IMG/VR virus record: IMGVR_UViG_3300030419_008158
Span: 124,001-188,000 of that record
DNA: 64,000 bases
Strand: one strand, 5' to 3'
Of this stretch, positions 47,398-56,405 are shown piece after piece. Position numbers and translations under genes: made by a program. Every line of letters begins with the position of its first letter. The stretch's first letter is position 1. The notes under the pieces were generated by a model, which searched no databases, was not told where the DNA came from, and saw only the letters and a list, made by a program, of their open reading frames with translations.

Positions 47398-49005
47398 TTA
47401 GCCAAATTCTGGTCCAAACATTTTTTTATTTTTTTGAAAAAATCTTTCCCACGAAGAATCAAGTATGTAAGTAACAGCTGTATCCGTTTCACTTCTAACG
47501 GATCTTCCTATGCTTTGTATGACAGTTTTTGCTGTTTGTAAGTCGTACCACCAGTCCCACTTATTCATTTTTTTTCTTACTAGTCTGTCACCCAAATATG
47601 GAAATGGAACCTTGCAGATAATCTGAAATCTGGACAAGTCTTCCTTAAGATCAACACCTTCTGTCATAGATGGCGAAAGAAGCACAGTGGGCTCTTTTGA
47701 TCGAATATGTTTTTGAAGTATTTCGTCTCTATTGGTTGAATCATGAATAAGCAGTCTAGAACTTCTAATGTTCTTCTTTAAGTGCCAAGCGATTTTATAA
47801 GAATGGCAGTGAATAATTCCTTTTTCATTTTTATGACCTTTGAGTATTTCTTTGACAGCAGCTGTAAGCTTTGGAAGCGTTGAATTTATTTCATTGGCAG
47901 ACATTTTTCCAATACCGCTGTAGATGATTGGTCGATTCTCAGTAGGAAATGGGCACGGAATAGAAAGGGTCTTATAATTTTTTCCCTCTGATATTCCTGA
48001 GATTTTTGCAAATTTTTCCATATCGACAATTGTTGCTGACATCATTAGAACATGCTGTCCCATCTTAAGCATGTAATCATATGCATACGGTGCGACATCG
48101 ATGGGTTTGAATTCTACCTTTCTACTAGATTTTTCTTGGGCCGGTATTTCTGTCATGACCCAGTTATCTTTGTCGTAAAGGGCTATAAAAGTAAGAACTT
48201 TTTGTTCATGACTCGTTAGAATTTCAATCTGCCTTGATAGTTTAGAAAATTCTCCGCTTTTCATGCGAGACTTAATTGATGTGTATTTCTCTAAACCTCT
48301 ATTGAATTCTTTGACTTTCTTTGCAAGTGCTGGATGATATTCGTTTTTTACCCATCTGACAAACATTCCAGGCGTTATCTTTTCCGGAAGGGTTATGCCT
48401 ACAAACGACTTTGCAAATCTATCAGAAAAAGTTACTTCAATAAACTTGCTAAGCTCTTCTGGTGCATTGTGTGCTTCATCAATCACAAGAAGCGTCTTTT
48501 TAGGAATTTTGCCGCTATAGCGAGTCTCAGTCAAAAAGTAAGAAAAGTTTGTAACACCGTGAGGATCTTCGATAAACTTGTCTTTTGCCTGTTTGTAGGT
48601 GCACTTAAAAGCACATCTTTTGAAAAATGGATCGCTGCGATCAGTTGTTTTTAGCATCTTCCTTGATTCATTACAGTTTTGGTGCTTGTGATACGTGCAC
48701 TGATAGTTTGAAGATGACTTGAGAGAATTAATGTCGGGATAATCCCGTTTATATTGTTCTTGTAGTAATTTTTGTGTAGTAAGGATGTTGCTTCCGCGAA
48801 CAAATTCATCGACCGCCGGAATATGATGAGCAACATAGCGTGCTACAGTTGATGCAATTGCAGACTTCCCTACACCGGTACCCGCATCGAGTACAAAATA
48901 TTTTTTTCCTGACTCGAAAGCATCAATAATTTCATCGATTGCTTTCTTTTGTCCGGGTCGTACTTCTGGGTACGGAAAGTATCCTTTCCAATCAAATTTA
49001 GGCAT
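47398..49005 (-). CDS. DinG/YoaA (XPD-like) SF2 helicase
   Basis: RPGQ Q-motif, AGTGVGKS, DEAH, MSAT, EGVD, QSIGRSVR; Cys residues compatible with an Fe-S site. Confidence 0.88.
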   Translation of the reverse strand: MPKFDWKGYFPYPEVRPGQKKAIDEIIDAFESGKKYFVLDAGTGVGKSAIASTVARYVAHHIPAVDEFVRGSNILTTQKLLQEQYKRDYPDINSLKSSSNYQCTYHKHQNCNESRKMLKTTDRSDPFFKRCAFKCTYKQAKDKFIEDPHGVTNFSYFLTETRYSGKIPKKTLLVIDEAHNAPEELSKFIEVTFSDRFAKSFVGITLPEKITPGMFVRWVKNEYHPALAKKVKEFNRGLEKYTSIKSRMKSGEFSKLSRQIEILTSHEQKVLTFIALYDKDNWVMTEIPAQEKSSRKVEFKPIDVAPYAYDYMLKMGQHVLMMSATIVDMEKFAKISGISEGKNYKTLSIPCPFPTENRPIIYSGIGKMSANEINSTLPKLTAAVKEILKGHKNEKGIIHCHSYKIAWHLKKNIRSSRLLIHDSTNRDEILQKHIRSKEPTVLLSPSMTEGVDLKEDLSRFQIICKVPFPYLGDRLVRKKMNKWDWWYDLQTAKTVIQSIGRSVRSETDTAVTYILDSSWERFFQKNKKMFGPEFG

Positions 49006-49442
49006 TATAGTTCTAGTTCCATCATTTTCTGCACCATAGACTTAGAAATGTTAATCTTAAGCTCTGTGGTAGAGAAATTATGATTTCTTTCAATAAAATA
49101 GACAGGTTTTTCGTAGTGTGCTCCAGTGTAATCTTCTCTGTCGCGATAGTCACTACCTAAAATTCTGACGTCGTAATTTTCCTGTCCCAGGACTTTGTCT
49201 AATTCTTTCTCTGTGTTATATGTGACAATCTTATCAACATAGCGAATTGACTCCAATATTTCAATTCTATCACTCAGGGATTGTACTGGCTTGCATTTTT
49301 CAGGCCTGTCGATAGTGGGATCCCCTTGAAGAGCAACAGTAACATTTTCACAAACGCTTTTTGCCTCTTTAAACATTCTAATATAGCCTGGATGAATTAC
49401 ATCAAACGAGCCACAAATAATTCCGCATGTATAAATTTTCAT
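49005..49442 (-). CDS. Cytidylyltransferase (TagD-like)
   Basis: GSFDVIHPGY, YVDKIV, LGSDY, FSTT. Start moved to 49442 (ATGA overlap). Confidence 0.85.
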   Translation of the reverse strand: MKIYTCGIICGSFDVIHPGYIRMFKEAKSVCENVTVALQGDPTIDRPEKCKPVQSLSDRIEILESIRYVDKIVTYNTEKELDKVLGQENYDVRILGSDYRDREDYTGAHYEKPVYFIERNHNFSTTELKINISKSMVQKMMELEL

Positions 49443-50059
49443 ATTATTGCATCCACCAGCCCTAGCTCCAAACATCTTTCAGAGGGTAACCAAAGCTCAT
49501 GCTTCAATAGCTCTTCAAGAGATTCTTCGTCAATCTTTGATGTTTCAAGATAAATTTTCTTTATTGTATCAAATATAACTTTTTGATTTTCTATTTCGTC
49601 AATAAACTCGTCATGCTTACCAGCCCATAAAATTTGAGGCTGATGGATTAGCATAAATGATCTTTTGCTAATATAACGTTTTTTACCTCTTGAAGATATC
49701 AATGTTGCCGCAGATGCAGCTGAGCCCTCAACGTATGTGTAAACATCAGTCTTGCATCTATCAATTGCATCACAAATATTTAGTCCAGAAAATACATCTC
49801 CGCCCGGACTTTGTATATGCAAATGAATGGGTGGATTCTTTCTAAGACCAATTCTTGCTGCTAAATAAGACATTTCTATGTCTAGACGTCTTATGATTCG
49901 AACTAATTCGAATGCTTCTTTATCTGTTACAGCTGCATAAAAATATATGTGGTTCTCTTCAACATCAATGCCGCTAGGTTTTCCTTTTTCTTCTGACATT
50001 AGCAAGGACGCAATGTTCTCACTCATCTCATCAGAAATCACTGCTTGATCTTCGTTCAT
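49439..50059 (-). CDS. clpP: ClpP-like serine protease
   Basis: IQSPGGDV, GSAASAAT (catalytic Ser), MLIHQP (His), ELWL...CLELGLVD. Start moved to 50059 (ATGA overlap). Confidence 0.85.
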   Translation of the reverse strand: MNEDQAVISDEMSENIASLLMSEEKGKPSGIDVEENHIYFYAAVTDKEAFELVRIIRRLDIEMSYLAARIGLRKNPPIHLHIQSPGGDVFSGLNICDAIDRCKTDVYTYVEGSAASAATLISSRGKKRYISKRSFMLIHQPQILWAGKHDEFIDEIENQKVIFDTIKKIYLETSKIDEESLEELLKHELWLPSERCLELGLVDAII

Positions 50060-50502
50060 TCGGTAGAATCGTCGTCTATTTTCAGAAGAGGATAATCTCC
50101 GAATGACGTTTTTACTATTGCGCATTTTACTCCTTCAAAAGCGTTATTAGGTAGACTTTTTGCATTAATAATCAAAATTTCAAATTTAGCTGTAGTTGAA
50201 ATGTGATTTCTGTCATTATCTAGATTTGAAATTTTTGGAATACAAGTCGCCCGATAATAGTTCATCATTCCATCTTTCCAGATATTTGATGTTTCGTCTA
50301 CTTTTTCTCCTTGAAAGACTTTCCACACAGATGGATTTCTGTCAGAATAGTCACCGCAGCATAAAAAAAACCTTAGGTCATCGTAGAGATCATCTGGGAC
50401 ATCTGGAACATCGCCTACAGGTGTCATATATTGATACTCTTTTTCAACGACTAAAAGATCCAGCGGAGAAAATAAGTTTCGTATTTTTTCTAATTCGTTC
50501 AT
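50056..50502 (-). CDS. Hypothetical protein
   Basis: Overlaps clpP by 4 nt; no recognised motif. Confidence 0.6.
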   Translation of the reverse strand: MNELEKIRNLFSPLDLLVVEKEYQYMTPVGDVPDVPDDLYDDLRFFLCCGDYSDRNPSVWKVFQGEKVDETSNIWKDGMMNYYRATCIPKISNLDNDRNHISTTAKFEILIINAKSLPNNAFEGVKCAIVKTSFGDYPLLKIDDDSTE

Positions 50503-50527
50503 CAGTTTATACTTAAAAATCGGGGTT

Positions 50528-51316
50528 ATGAAAAAAAACTATATCAGTCTAATTCTATTACTAATGTGTCTTTTTTTCACACAATGTGGTGTACATGGAA
50601 AATACACAGGTCCCACTCCAGCAATTTACAAGCTTGTTGAAACCCAGACAGTACTTGTTGAAGTCACAAATACGATTACACCAACGCGGTGTGAAAATAA
50701 ATCTAATTTTGCAAAGAAAGAAGACCTTTGCTCAAAAGTTTTGCCCGAACTTCCACCCATACACGGATCACATGTGGGAACAGGAACATTTATCAAGTTG
50801 AACGATGAAATAGTTGTTTTGACTGCAGAGCATGTATGTGCCCCAGACGAAGTTCCGAAAAAAGTAGAAAAAGATGACGTAGTCGTTTATCCGACAATTG
50901 AAACAAAAATTGAAATTAAGTCGAGAATTTATACGGGTGTTGGCTCTGTGTTAAAAATGAGCAAACCTCTGGACATATGTGTTTTGTCGCTAGACGTCCA
51001 GCCTAATGTTTCTGTTCCTAACTTTTCAAGAAAACCACCCGAAAGAGGTGCTAGAATATACTACGCCGGAGCGCCGCAGGGGTTCATGTCGGATACTGCC
51101 CTAATGATGTTTGATGGAAGATATGCGGGAACCATGGGGAAAATGCTAGCATTTTCAATGCCCTGTGAGCACGGAACCTCAGGTGCCAGTGTTAGAAATA
51201 GTAAAAATCAAATATTTTCGATAGTGCAAAGAGTGAACGGTCAGTTCAAGCATATGTGTTACGGTGTTAGCACAGAAGAGATGATAAAATTCTTAAGTAC
51301 TATAAAGCCTAAGTAA
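50528..51316 (+). CDS. Secreted/lipoprotein trypsin-like serine protease
   Basis: Signal-like N-terminus ending FFTQC; LTAEHVC (His), DICVL (Asp), HGTSGA (Ser). Confidence 0.82.
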   Translation: MKKNYISLILLLMCLFFTQCGVHGKYTGPTPAIYKLVETQTVLVEVTNTITPTRCENKSNFAKKEDLCSKVLPELPPIHGSHVGTGTFIKLNDEIVVLTAEHVCAPDEVPKKVEKDDVVVYPTIETKIEIKSRIYTGVGSVLKMSKPLDICVLSLDVQPNVSVPNFSRKPPERGARIYYAGAPQGFMSDTALMMFDGRYAGTMGKMLAFSMPCEHGTSGASVRNSKNQIFSIVQRVNGQFKHMCYGVSTEEMIKFLSTIKPK

Positions 51317-51599
51317 TTTCTTTGGACGTAGAATTCATATAGTCAACTCGATGCTTGTCTATGATCATTCTTGCCATGTGCTTAGCGTCACTTTCTGATG
51401 CGTGTCTAGATGTGTGCATTAGTTTTTTATCCTTAAAAGAAATATCCATAAGGTAAGAACCGTCTGCTTGTGGGTAATATTCTATTTCGTAATCCTGAAA
51501 ATTGTCCCATGTATTGGGATCCGGATCAACTGTGTGATAGTTTCTTCCAATTTCTTCTAGAATAATCTCTCTAATTGTAGCCAAGAGAACTTTTTTCAT
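51309..51599 (-). CDS. Hypothetical protein with degenerate leader
   Basis: MKKVLLATIREIILEE N-terminus; TAATG overlap. Confidence 0.7.
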   Translation of the reverse strand: MKKVLLATIREIILEEIGRNYHTVDPDPNTWDNFQDYEIEYYPQADGSYLMDISFKDKKLMHTSRHASESDAKHMARMIIDKHRVDYMNSTSKEIT

Positions 51600-52048
51600 T
51601 ATGTACTCGCGACAAAGAGTTCAATGTCAACAGCCGAAGAGTCAGCTGATGCTTTCATTGATGTAAAATCTACAAAGCTGTCAAAAGCTGCACCAGCTGC
51701 ACTGCCCGAAACAGACGGGGATGTAAAGATCGCAGATCTTTTTGCAGGAAGTTTCATGTCGTATCGATTAAGGGCACCACTTACAAATGCTATTCTTACA
51801 AAATTTGTATCATCTAGGTTTGTAATTCTGACATACTGCAAGTTAGAAGTAACATAAGTTCCGGCTCCTGCCGACGAACTCAAAGCCAAGATTTCTGTTT
51901 CGTAGGTGGGTACTGTGAAAACACGTCGAGATGCTTCGTTGACATTGGGAATCGAATGAGTAACTCTACTTCCTACTTGATGTCCATTGAGCTTTACGTC
52001 TTCGTTGACTGTGACAGTCAGTGTTGCATCATCTATTGTTGTCGCCAT
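51599..52048 (-). CDS. Probable virion structural protein
   Basis: Thr/Ser/beta-rich, TLTVTVNE...YVRITNLDD pattern; family not confirmed. Confidence 0.55.
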   Translation of the reverse strand: MATTIDDATLTVTVNEDVKLNGHQVGSRVTHSIPNVNEASRRVFTVPTYETEILALSSSAGAGTYVTSNLQYVRITNLDDTNFVRIAFVSGALNRYDMKLPAKRSAIFTSPSVSGSAAGAAFDSFVDFTSMKASADSSAVDIELFVAST

Positions 52049-52268
52049 CTTTTATCTCCAAAATTTTTTCTAGAATTACTTCCAGCAGAGCTTCTGCTTC
52101 TTTGTCATCGGATTCCATTTCTATAGCAGCTATTTGCCCTTGTGCTCTTTTTTTAGATGTATGACAAGCAGAATGTTTTTTACCTTTTTTGTCTGTGTAT
52201 GAAAGTGTGTAACTACCACTGTCTCCATCTGCTTGTTTACACTTGTTTTTTCGAACTGTGTAGGGCAT
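52029..52268 (-). CDS. Small basic hypothetical protein
   Basis: GGAG SD; MPYTVRK...CHTSKKRAQGQIAAIE. Confidence 0.65.
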   Translation of the reverse strand: MPYTVRKNKCKQADGDSGSYTLSYTDKKGKKHSACHTSKKRAQGQIAAIEMESDDKEAEALLEVILEKILEIKDGDNNR

Positions 52269-52271
52269 GGT

Positions 52272-53561
52272 CTATGCTCCACCACTGCACGACTCAGTTG
52301 ATAGATCGCTATCGTCGACTTCTATAAACTTTTCACTCTCGTGCTCTTCATCATCTTCTCTCATTCCCGAAACTTTGCTAATCATATCAGGAATCGGACA
52401 ATCACCAACATCAACTTCAAGAAACTTTTTTGCAGTTGCAGCACGTGCCATGGGAGCTGTCATCGACTTGTGTACAACAGTTGCAGCTGCAATTTTCCCC
52501 GGGTCACTATTTTTTTCTGCTTCCAGCAAAACTTTTCTTATAATTTTTCTAAGAACAGATTCAGACAGCATAAGATTTCTTTTCATAGTTTTTGTCTCTC
52601 CAATTGTACAGCTATGTGTGGGCTGGGTTGGCAATTCTCCTTTGGAAAATTCGTAGTTATATATTTCCAGCTCAGTACCTTCTGCGTTCTCAGAAGCCTC
52701 ATTATCACAAAGTTGAGCAACTCTTCGAGCATTTTCTGGATCGTCATCATAAAAGTGTATGTTATCGATGGAAGGATTGTGAATCTTACCAATTAGATCT
52801 CTCTTCGCTGATGCAGGATCACTGGGATTGAAATCAGCTGCGCCATAGACGACGTCAGCATTCGATCCGATTTCTGACGCCAAAAAATCCTGTATATCAG
52901 ATGCGTTAGTTGCAGGAACTTTACCTCCACCTAGTGTATCTAGATCGGTCTTTCCTTTTCTTGCTGTAACAACAGCGGTCATGTCGCCTGATGCTTCAGC
53001 ATCTAGGAACACATCTAGCATACTGTCTATTGGTTCTACTTCTGTGCCAATTGTACTTGATGGACTAAAGTCAGCAATGTGTATTTCGCCTGTTTTACCC
53101 TGGTCAAACATCTCTCGCCCGGCGCTTCGAATATCGTTGCTTATGTTGGGATTTACAACCAAACGAACATGTTCACCAGAAGGTATATACTTTTCTTTCC
53201 AGTCTCTATACTGCTCTGTGTCTAGAACAATCGCTTCAGCGTCATCTAGTTCATCATTGCTTCTAACAGTATTTCCTGATAGCCCTGGAGAGTTTACGTT
53301 TTTTTGAGCCGGCGTGCTGAGGTTTTTTACTTTTGATCCCACACGCGAATTTAGATTTTTTATGGGAATATACGATGAAGGGTCATCAGGGTCTCCACCG
53401 TTATATTCGACAGCTGCGACAAGTGTCGGTGAGGTGGTTACACCCAAAGTATCATCGAAATCAAAGACATGCAAATCTCTCTCCGGACTTTTTACTTGAT
53501 CCTCGTCCTGTTCTTGTAAAATTCCAGCTAGTTTACACCATCGATTGATAACTGCATCCAT
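52272..53561 (-). CDS. HAD-family hydrolase with N-terminal RWxKLAG motif and internal leader module
   Basis: VFDFDDTL, VTAR, FYDDDPEN; MDAVINRWCKLAG start; internal MKRNLMLSESVLRKIIRKVLLE. Confidence 0.8.
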   Translation of the reverse strand: MDAVINRWCKLAGILQEQDEDQVKSPERDLHVFDFDDTLGVTTSPTLVAAVEYNGGDPDDPSSYIPIKNLNSRVGSKVKNLSTPAQKNVNSPGLSGNTVRSNDELDDAEAIVLDTEQYRDWKEKYIPSGEHVRLVVNPNISNDIRSAGREMFDQGKTGEIHIADFSPSSTIGTEVEPIDSMLDVFLDAEASGDMTAVVTARKGKTDLDTLGGGKVPATNASDIQDFLASEIGSNADVVYGAADFNPSDPASAKRDLIGKIHNPSIDNIHFYDDDPENARRVAQLCDNEASENAEGTELEIYNYEFSKGELPTQPTHSCTIGETKTMKRNLMLSESVLRKIIRKVLLEAEKNSDPGKIAAATVVHKSMTAPMARAATAKKFLEVDVGDCPIPDMISKVSGMREDDEEHESEKFIEVDDSDLSTESCSGGA

Positions 53562-53590
53562 GAATAATTCTCCGAGTCACTTATGTTTGC

Positions 53591-53598
53591 TAAATATC
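53591..53598 (-). promoter_or_regulatory. GATANTTA putative late-promoter motif
   Basis: GATATTTA 29 nt upstream of ATG 53561. Confidence 0.5.
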
Positions 53599-53770
53599 TC
53601 TCCGGAGATAAATTTGACACGGCGAACGAGAATTTATTTAGTGACAACTCTGTGAAAACAGACAGCAGCCAAAATAATCACGGTGAATCATTCGCTTCTT
53701 TTATGAGTGTTTCTATATATTGTCGCAAACAATGAACCAGAGAGCTTTTTAGCAGCCTCTGTGATCAATT

Positions 53771-54835
53771 CTATGAAAGCGTTCCTGCTAGCTTGTTCCA
53801 TCTTTCAAGAAGAATATTTCCGCTGTTTCTTGTTCGCGACTCAGTTTTAGTCTTATTACCCAAAGCGTTGCCGATGGCAGTCAAGAATTTAAGAGTCTTC
53901 TGGGGATCTCCTAAAGCTTGCAAGTTTACTTGCCCGGCAGTTCCCATTGAAGCAGATGGATCATTGAACATGGTGGCAGCCCATCGATGGTGACCATCAA
54001 GAATCTCTCCGTTGGTGCCTGCCCAGGCGTCTAGATCTCCACCTGCTATTTGATTTTTAGGGTTCATTGCCATACCCAAAGCTTTGTAAATAAGAATATT
54101 AGACTGTGTAGGAATAGCGTCAGAAGCATTAAGCGATCCCCCCGCTTTTATTTCGATCTTGTCGTCTGTGTCATCTCCGTCATCAAGACCTGCAGTCATA
54201 AACTCTTTTGCACCTGGCGCATCCATGCCGACAAATTTATTTGGCGGAGGGGGCTCACCACCTTTGAGGTTAGAACTTTCTTCTTTTTCCTCTTCTTGCT
54301 CCATGAGAGCGCGCGCGCCCACCTTCCATGCTGCCTCCTTGAACGGAGCAGTAACATCAATATTATAGTCTCCGCCCGGTGTAAGAGCGTCTTCAACGTC
54401 AGAAACTTCCCCCTTAGCATCTTCGGGCCCGGGTAAGAAAGGCATGACACTTTTTGGTAATCCAGTGGAAGGAATTTTGGAAGCTAATGTGTTTAGGCGC
54501 TTGACAAACGTTTCAGGGCCAATCTTTTCAATCCATTCCTTAGCTTGCGCACCGTTAGTTTCATACCACTCGCCTTTCGTAATAGCTACGATTGGTGCGT
54601 CATCATCCCCAGAAAGAAGTTGGTTTGCGATTTCAACAGCATCTACATCTTTTACATTCGTCGTCTTATCAACCGAGGTTCCCTTAGGAGCATCTCCAAT
54701 TTTTCCAGATGCTTCTTTTTTCTCCTGGCCTTCCTCTTCTTGCTCAAAAAGAATCTTACTTAATTTCGGCAATTGGCTTGATGTGTCTTCATTTATGACA
54801 TGTCTTACTATTCTTCTTAGGTCGCTTTTCTTCAT
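53771..54835 (-). CDS. ParB/Srx-like (DGHHR) protein with leader and C-terminal RWxKLAG
   Basis: MKKSDLRRIVRHVINE; IPTQ...ILDGHHRWAA; LLERWNKLAG. Confidence 0.7.
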   Translation of the reverse strand: MKKSDLRRIVRHVINEDTSSQLPKLSKILFEQEEEGQEKKEASGKIGDAPKGTSVDKTTNVKDVDAVEIANQLLSGDDDAPIVAITKGEWYETNGAQAKEWIEKIGPETFVKRLNTLASKIPSTGLPKSVMPFLPGPEDAKGEVSDVEDALTPGGDYNIDVTAPFKEAAWKVGARALMEQEEEKEESSNLKGGEPPPPNKFVGMDAPGAKEFMTAGLDDGDDTDDKIEIKAGGSLNASDAIPTQSNILIYKALGMAMNPKNQIAGGDLDAWAGTNGEILDGHHRWAATMFNDPSASMGTAGQVNLQALGDPQKTLKFLTAIGNALGNKTKTESRTRNSGNILLERWNKLAGTLS

Positions 54836-54866
54836 TTTTCTCCCTAGGGATTTACGTTGTGATGAC

Positions 54867-54874
54867 TAAGTATC
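54867..54874 (-). promoter_or_regulatory. GATANTTA putative late-promoter motif
   Basis: GATACTTA 31 nt upstream of ATG 54835. Confidence 0.5.
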
Positions 54875-54876
54875 TT

Positions 54877-56361
54877 CTAGTCCTGAAAAATTCCTGCCAG
54901 CTTTTGCCAGCGTTCAACAATCAAGTTATCTTTTTCTAGATTTGATTCTTTCTTAAAGGGCGGGACAACATTATACTCACCGGCAGGAAGCCCTTTTTCA
55001 ATTTTTGCCAAACCTGAGGAGCCTCCAATAGACTCGTGATCTAACTGCGGCATATCTTCTCTAGATTTTGGCGCGCCATCTAGCGGTTGAGGCAGAGATC
55101 CTAAATTTTCTCCCACTTTGCTGGCAATTGCTTTTCTGATGGGGTCGTTTTCAAATCCTGTTCCTGAGTCTGCCAAAGAGACAAACTCTTCATCTCCTGT
55201 TAGACCGGCCCACTCATTTATTTTAGGGTGCTTTCCGTCTGCAATTGACTTAATCATAGCATCATTCAGCAGCGGCCCCGGGGCCTTTTCATCAGTCTGC
55301 TTACCTTTGTTTGCGTCTATCATGGCAACAATTGCATCTTTGCTTTTTCCGATGATGTCAGTTGCTGCTCCACCTCCTTTTGATGGATGCTGTCCGCTAT
55401 CATTGACAGCGGCAACTGCAAGCTGCGCTGCTGCCAGCTTATCAGCCACACTCCCGGGAAAACCAAAATCTTTTGCATTTATCGATCCGTCCGGCGTAAT
55501 AGCAAAAACGCCCGACCAGCGATGATGTCCGTCCAAAACAGCATTTCCGGAAATAGATATCGCTCCTGGTGCACCAGAAGTCTTGCTGGTAATTGCACTT
55601 TCTAGAACTTTTGCACTTCCTAAAGGAAATGAAACAGATTGCATCAAATCAATGAACTGCTGCGTAGGTCCTAGACTGCTTACGCTCACAGGAGTAGCAC
55701 TCCCTACTGTAATCTTATCATCCGGCTCTGCACCGTCATCAGCTTCAGCAGCTTTGACAAGAACATCCTGAACACCCGGGTCTTTATTTCCTTGTGCATC
55801 CATGAATGCTCGAACCCCCTCAGGTCCTGCTTTATATGCTGTTTCAAGATCTTTTCCTGGATCGCCAGTGACCTCTGGAGATTCTTTTTCTTCTTTGTCT
55901 TCTTGTTCAAAAAGGTTTCTCATTTCTGAGAGAATTATTTTTCGCAAGTCTTTGCTGTCAATTTTCTTAGTAGGTTTTGTAAAACCCAATGCTTCAGAAA
56001 GTGTAATTTTTCCCATGAATTTATTCTCCATTCTTCTTCCCATACCCGACCTTGTTGGCAACTCAATGTCATACTCACCTGGCATTAAATCTTGAATTCT
56101 ACGTTCCATTTCAATGTATTCTAGGTCTTGTATCACTTGTTCTTCTCGGGCACGATTAACAGCAGCGTATTCTTCCCAAATTTCATCTACAGCGGATTCT
56201 GCCTCTTCCATTGTTTCGAACATTGGAATTTTAGGTCGACGACCGTACAATTCTTTGTACATGTCAGAATACATGCCACCCAAATCTTGCAACTTTTGAT
56301 CATACTCGGCGTCTGCTGTGTCTCTAGGGTGCAATTCTCTAATAAGTTTGCTCAGGTGCAT
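54877..56361 (-). CDS. ParB/Srx-like (DGHHR) protein with N-terminal extension, internal leader and C-terminal RWxKLAG
   Basis: Start moved to ATG 56361 (AAGGAG SD); DLRKIILSE; LGPTQ...VLDGHHRWSG; IVERWQKLAG. Confidence 0.7.
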   Translation of the reverse strand: MHLSKLIRELHPRDTADAEYDQKLQDLGGMYSDMYKELYGRRPKIPMFETMEEAESAVDEIWEEYAAVNRAREEQVIQDLEYIEMERRIQDLMPGEYDIELPTRSGMGRRMENKFMGKITLSEALGFTKPTKKIDSKDLRKIILSEMRNLFEQEDKEEKESPEVTGDPGKDLETAYKAGPEGVRAFMDAQGNKDPGVQDVLVKAAEADDGAEPDDKITVGSATPVSVSSLGPTQQFIDLMQSVSFPLGSAKVLESAITSKTSGAPGAISISGNAVLDGHHRWSGVFAITPDGSINAKDFGFPGSVADKLAAAQLAVAAVNDSGQHPSKGGGAATDIIGKSKDAIVAMIDANKGKQTDEKAPGPLLNDAMIKSIADGKHPKINEWAGLTGDEEFVSLADSGTGFENDPIRKAIASKVGENLGSLPQPLDGAPKSREDMPQLDHESIGGSSGLAKIEKGLPAGEYNVVPPFKKESNLEKDNLIVERWQKLAGIFQD

Positions 56362-56382
56362 GATTTTCTCCTTCACTAGCAG

Positions 56383-56390
56383 TAAATATC
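56383..56390 (-). promoter_or_regulatory. GATANTTA putative late-promoter motif
   Basis: GATATTTA 21 nt upstream of ATG 56361. Confidence 0.5.
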
Positions 56391-56405
56391 ATGCAAAGAA
56401 AAAAG

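Noticed and set aside
53562-53770. 209-nt intergenic gap as an ncRNA, tRNA or small ORF
   Set aside because: No cloverleaf or T-loop consensus, only a 10-bp palindrome (tctccggaga) beside the promoter motif and ORFs under 20 codons without an SD. It remains unexplained, and an Rfam search would be needed.
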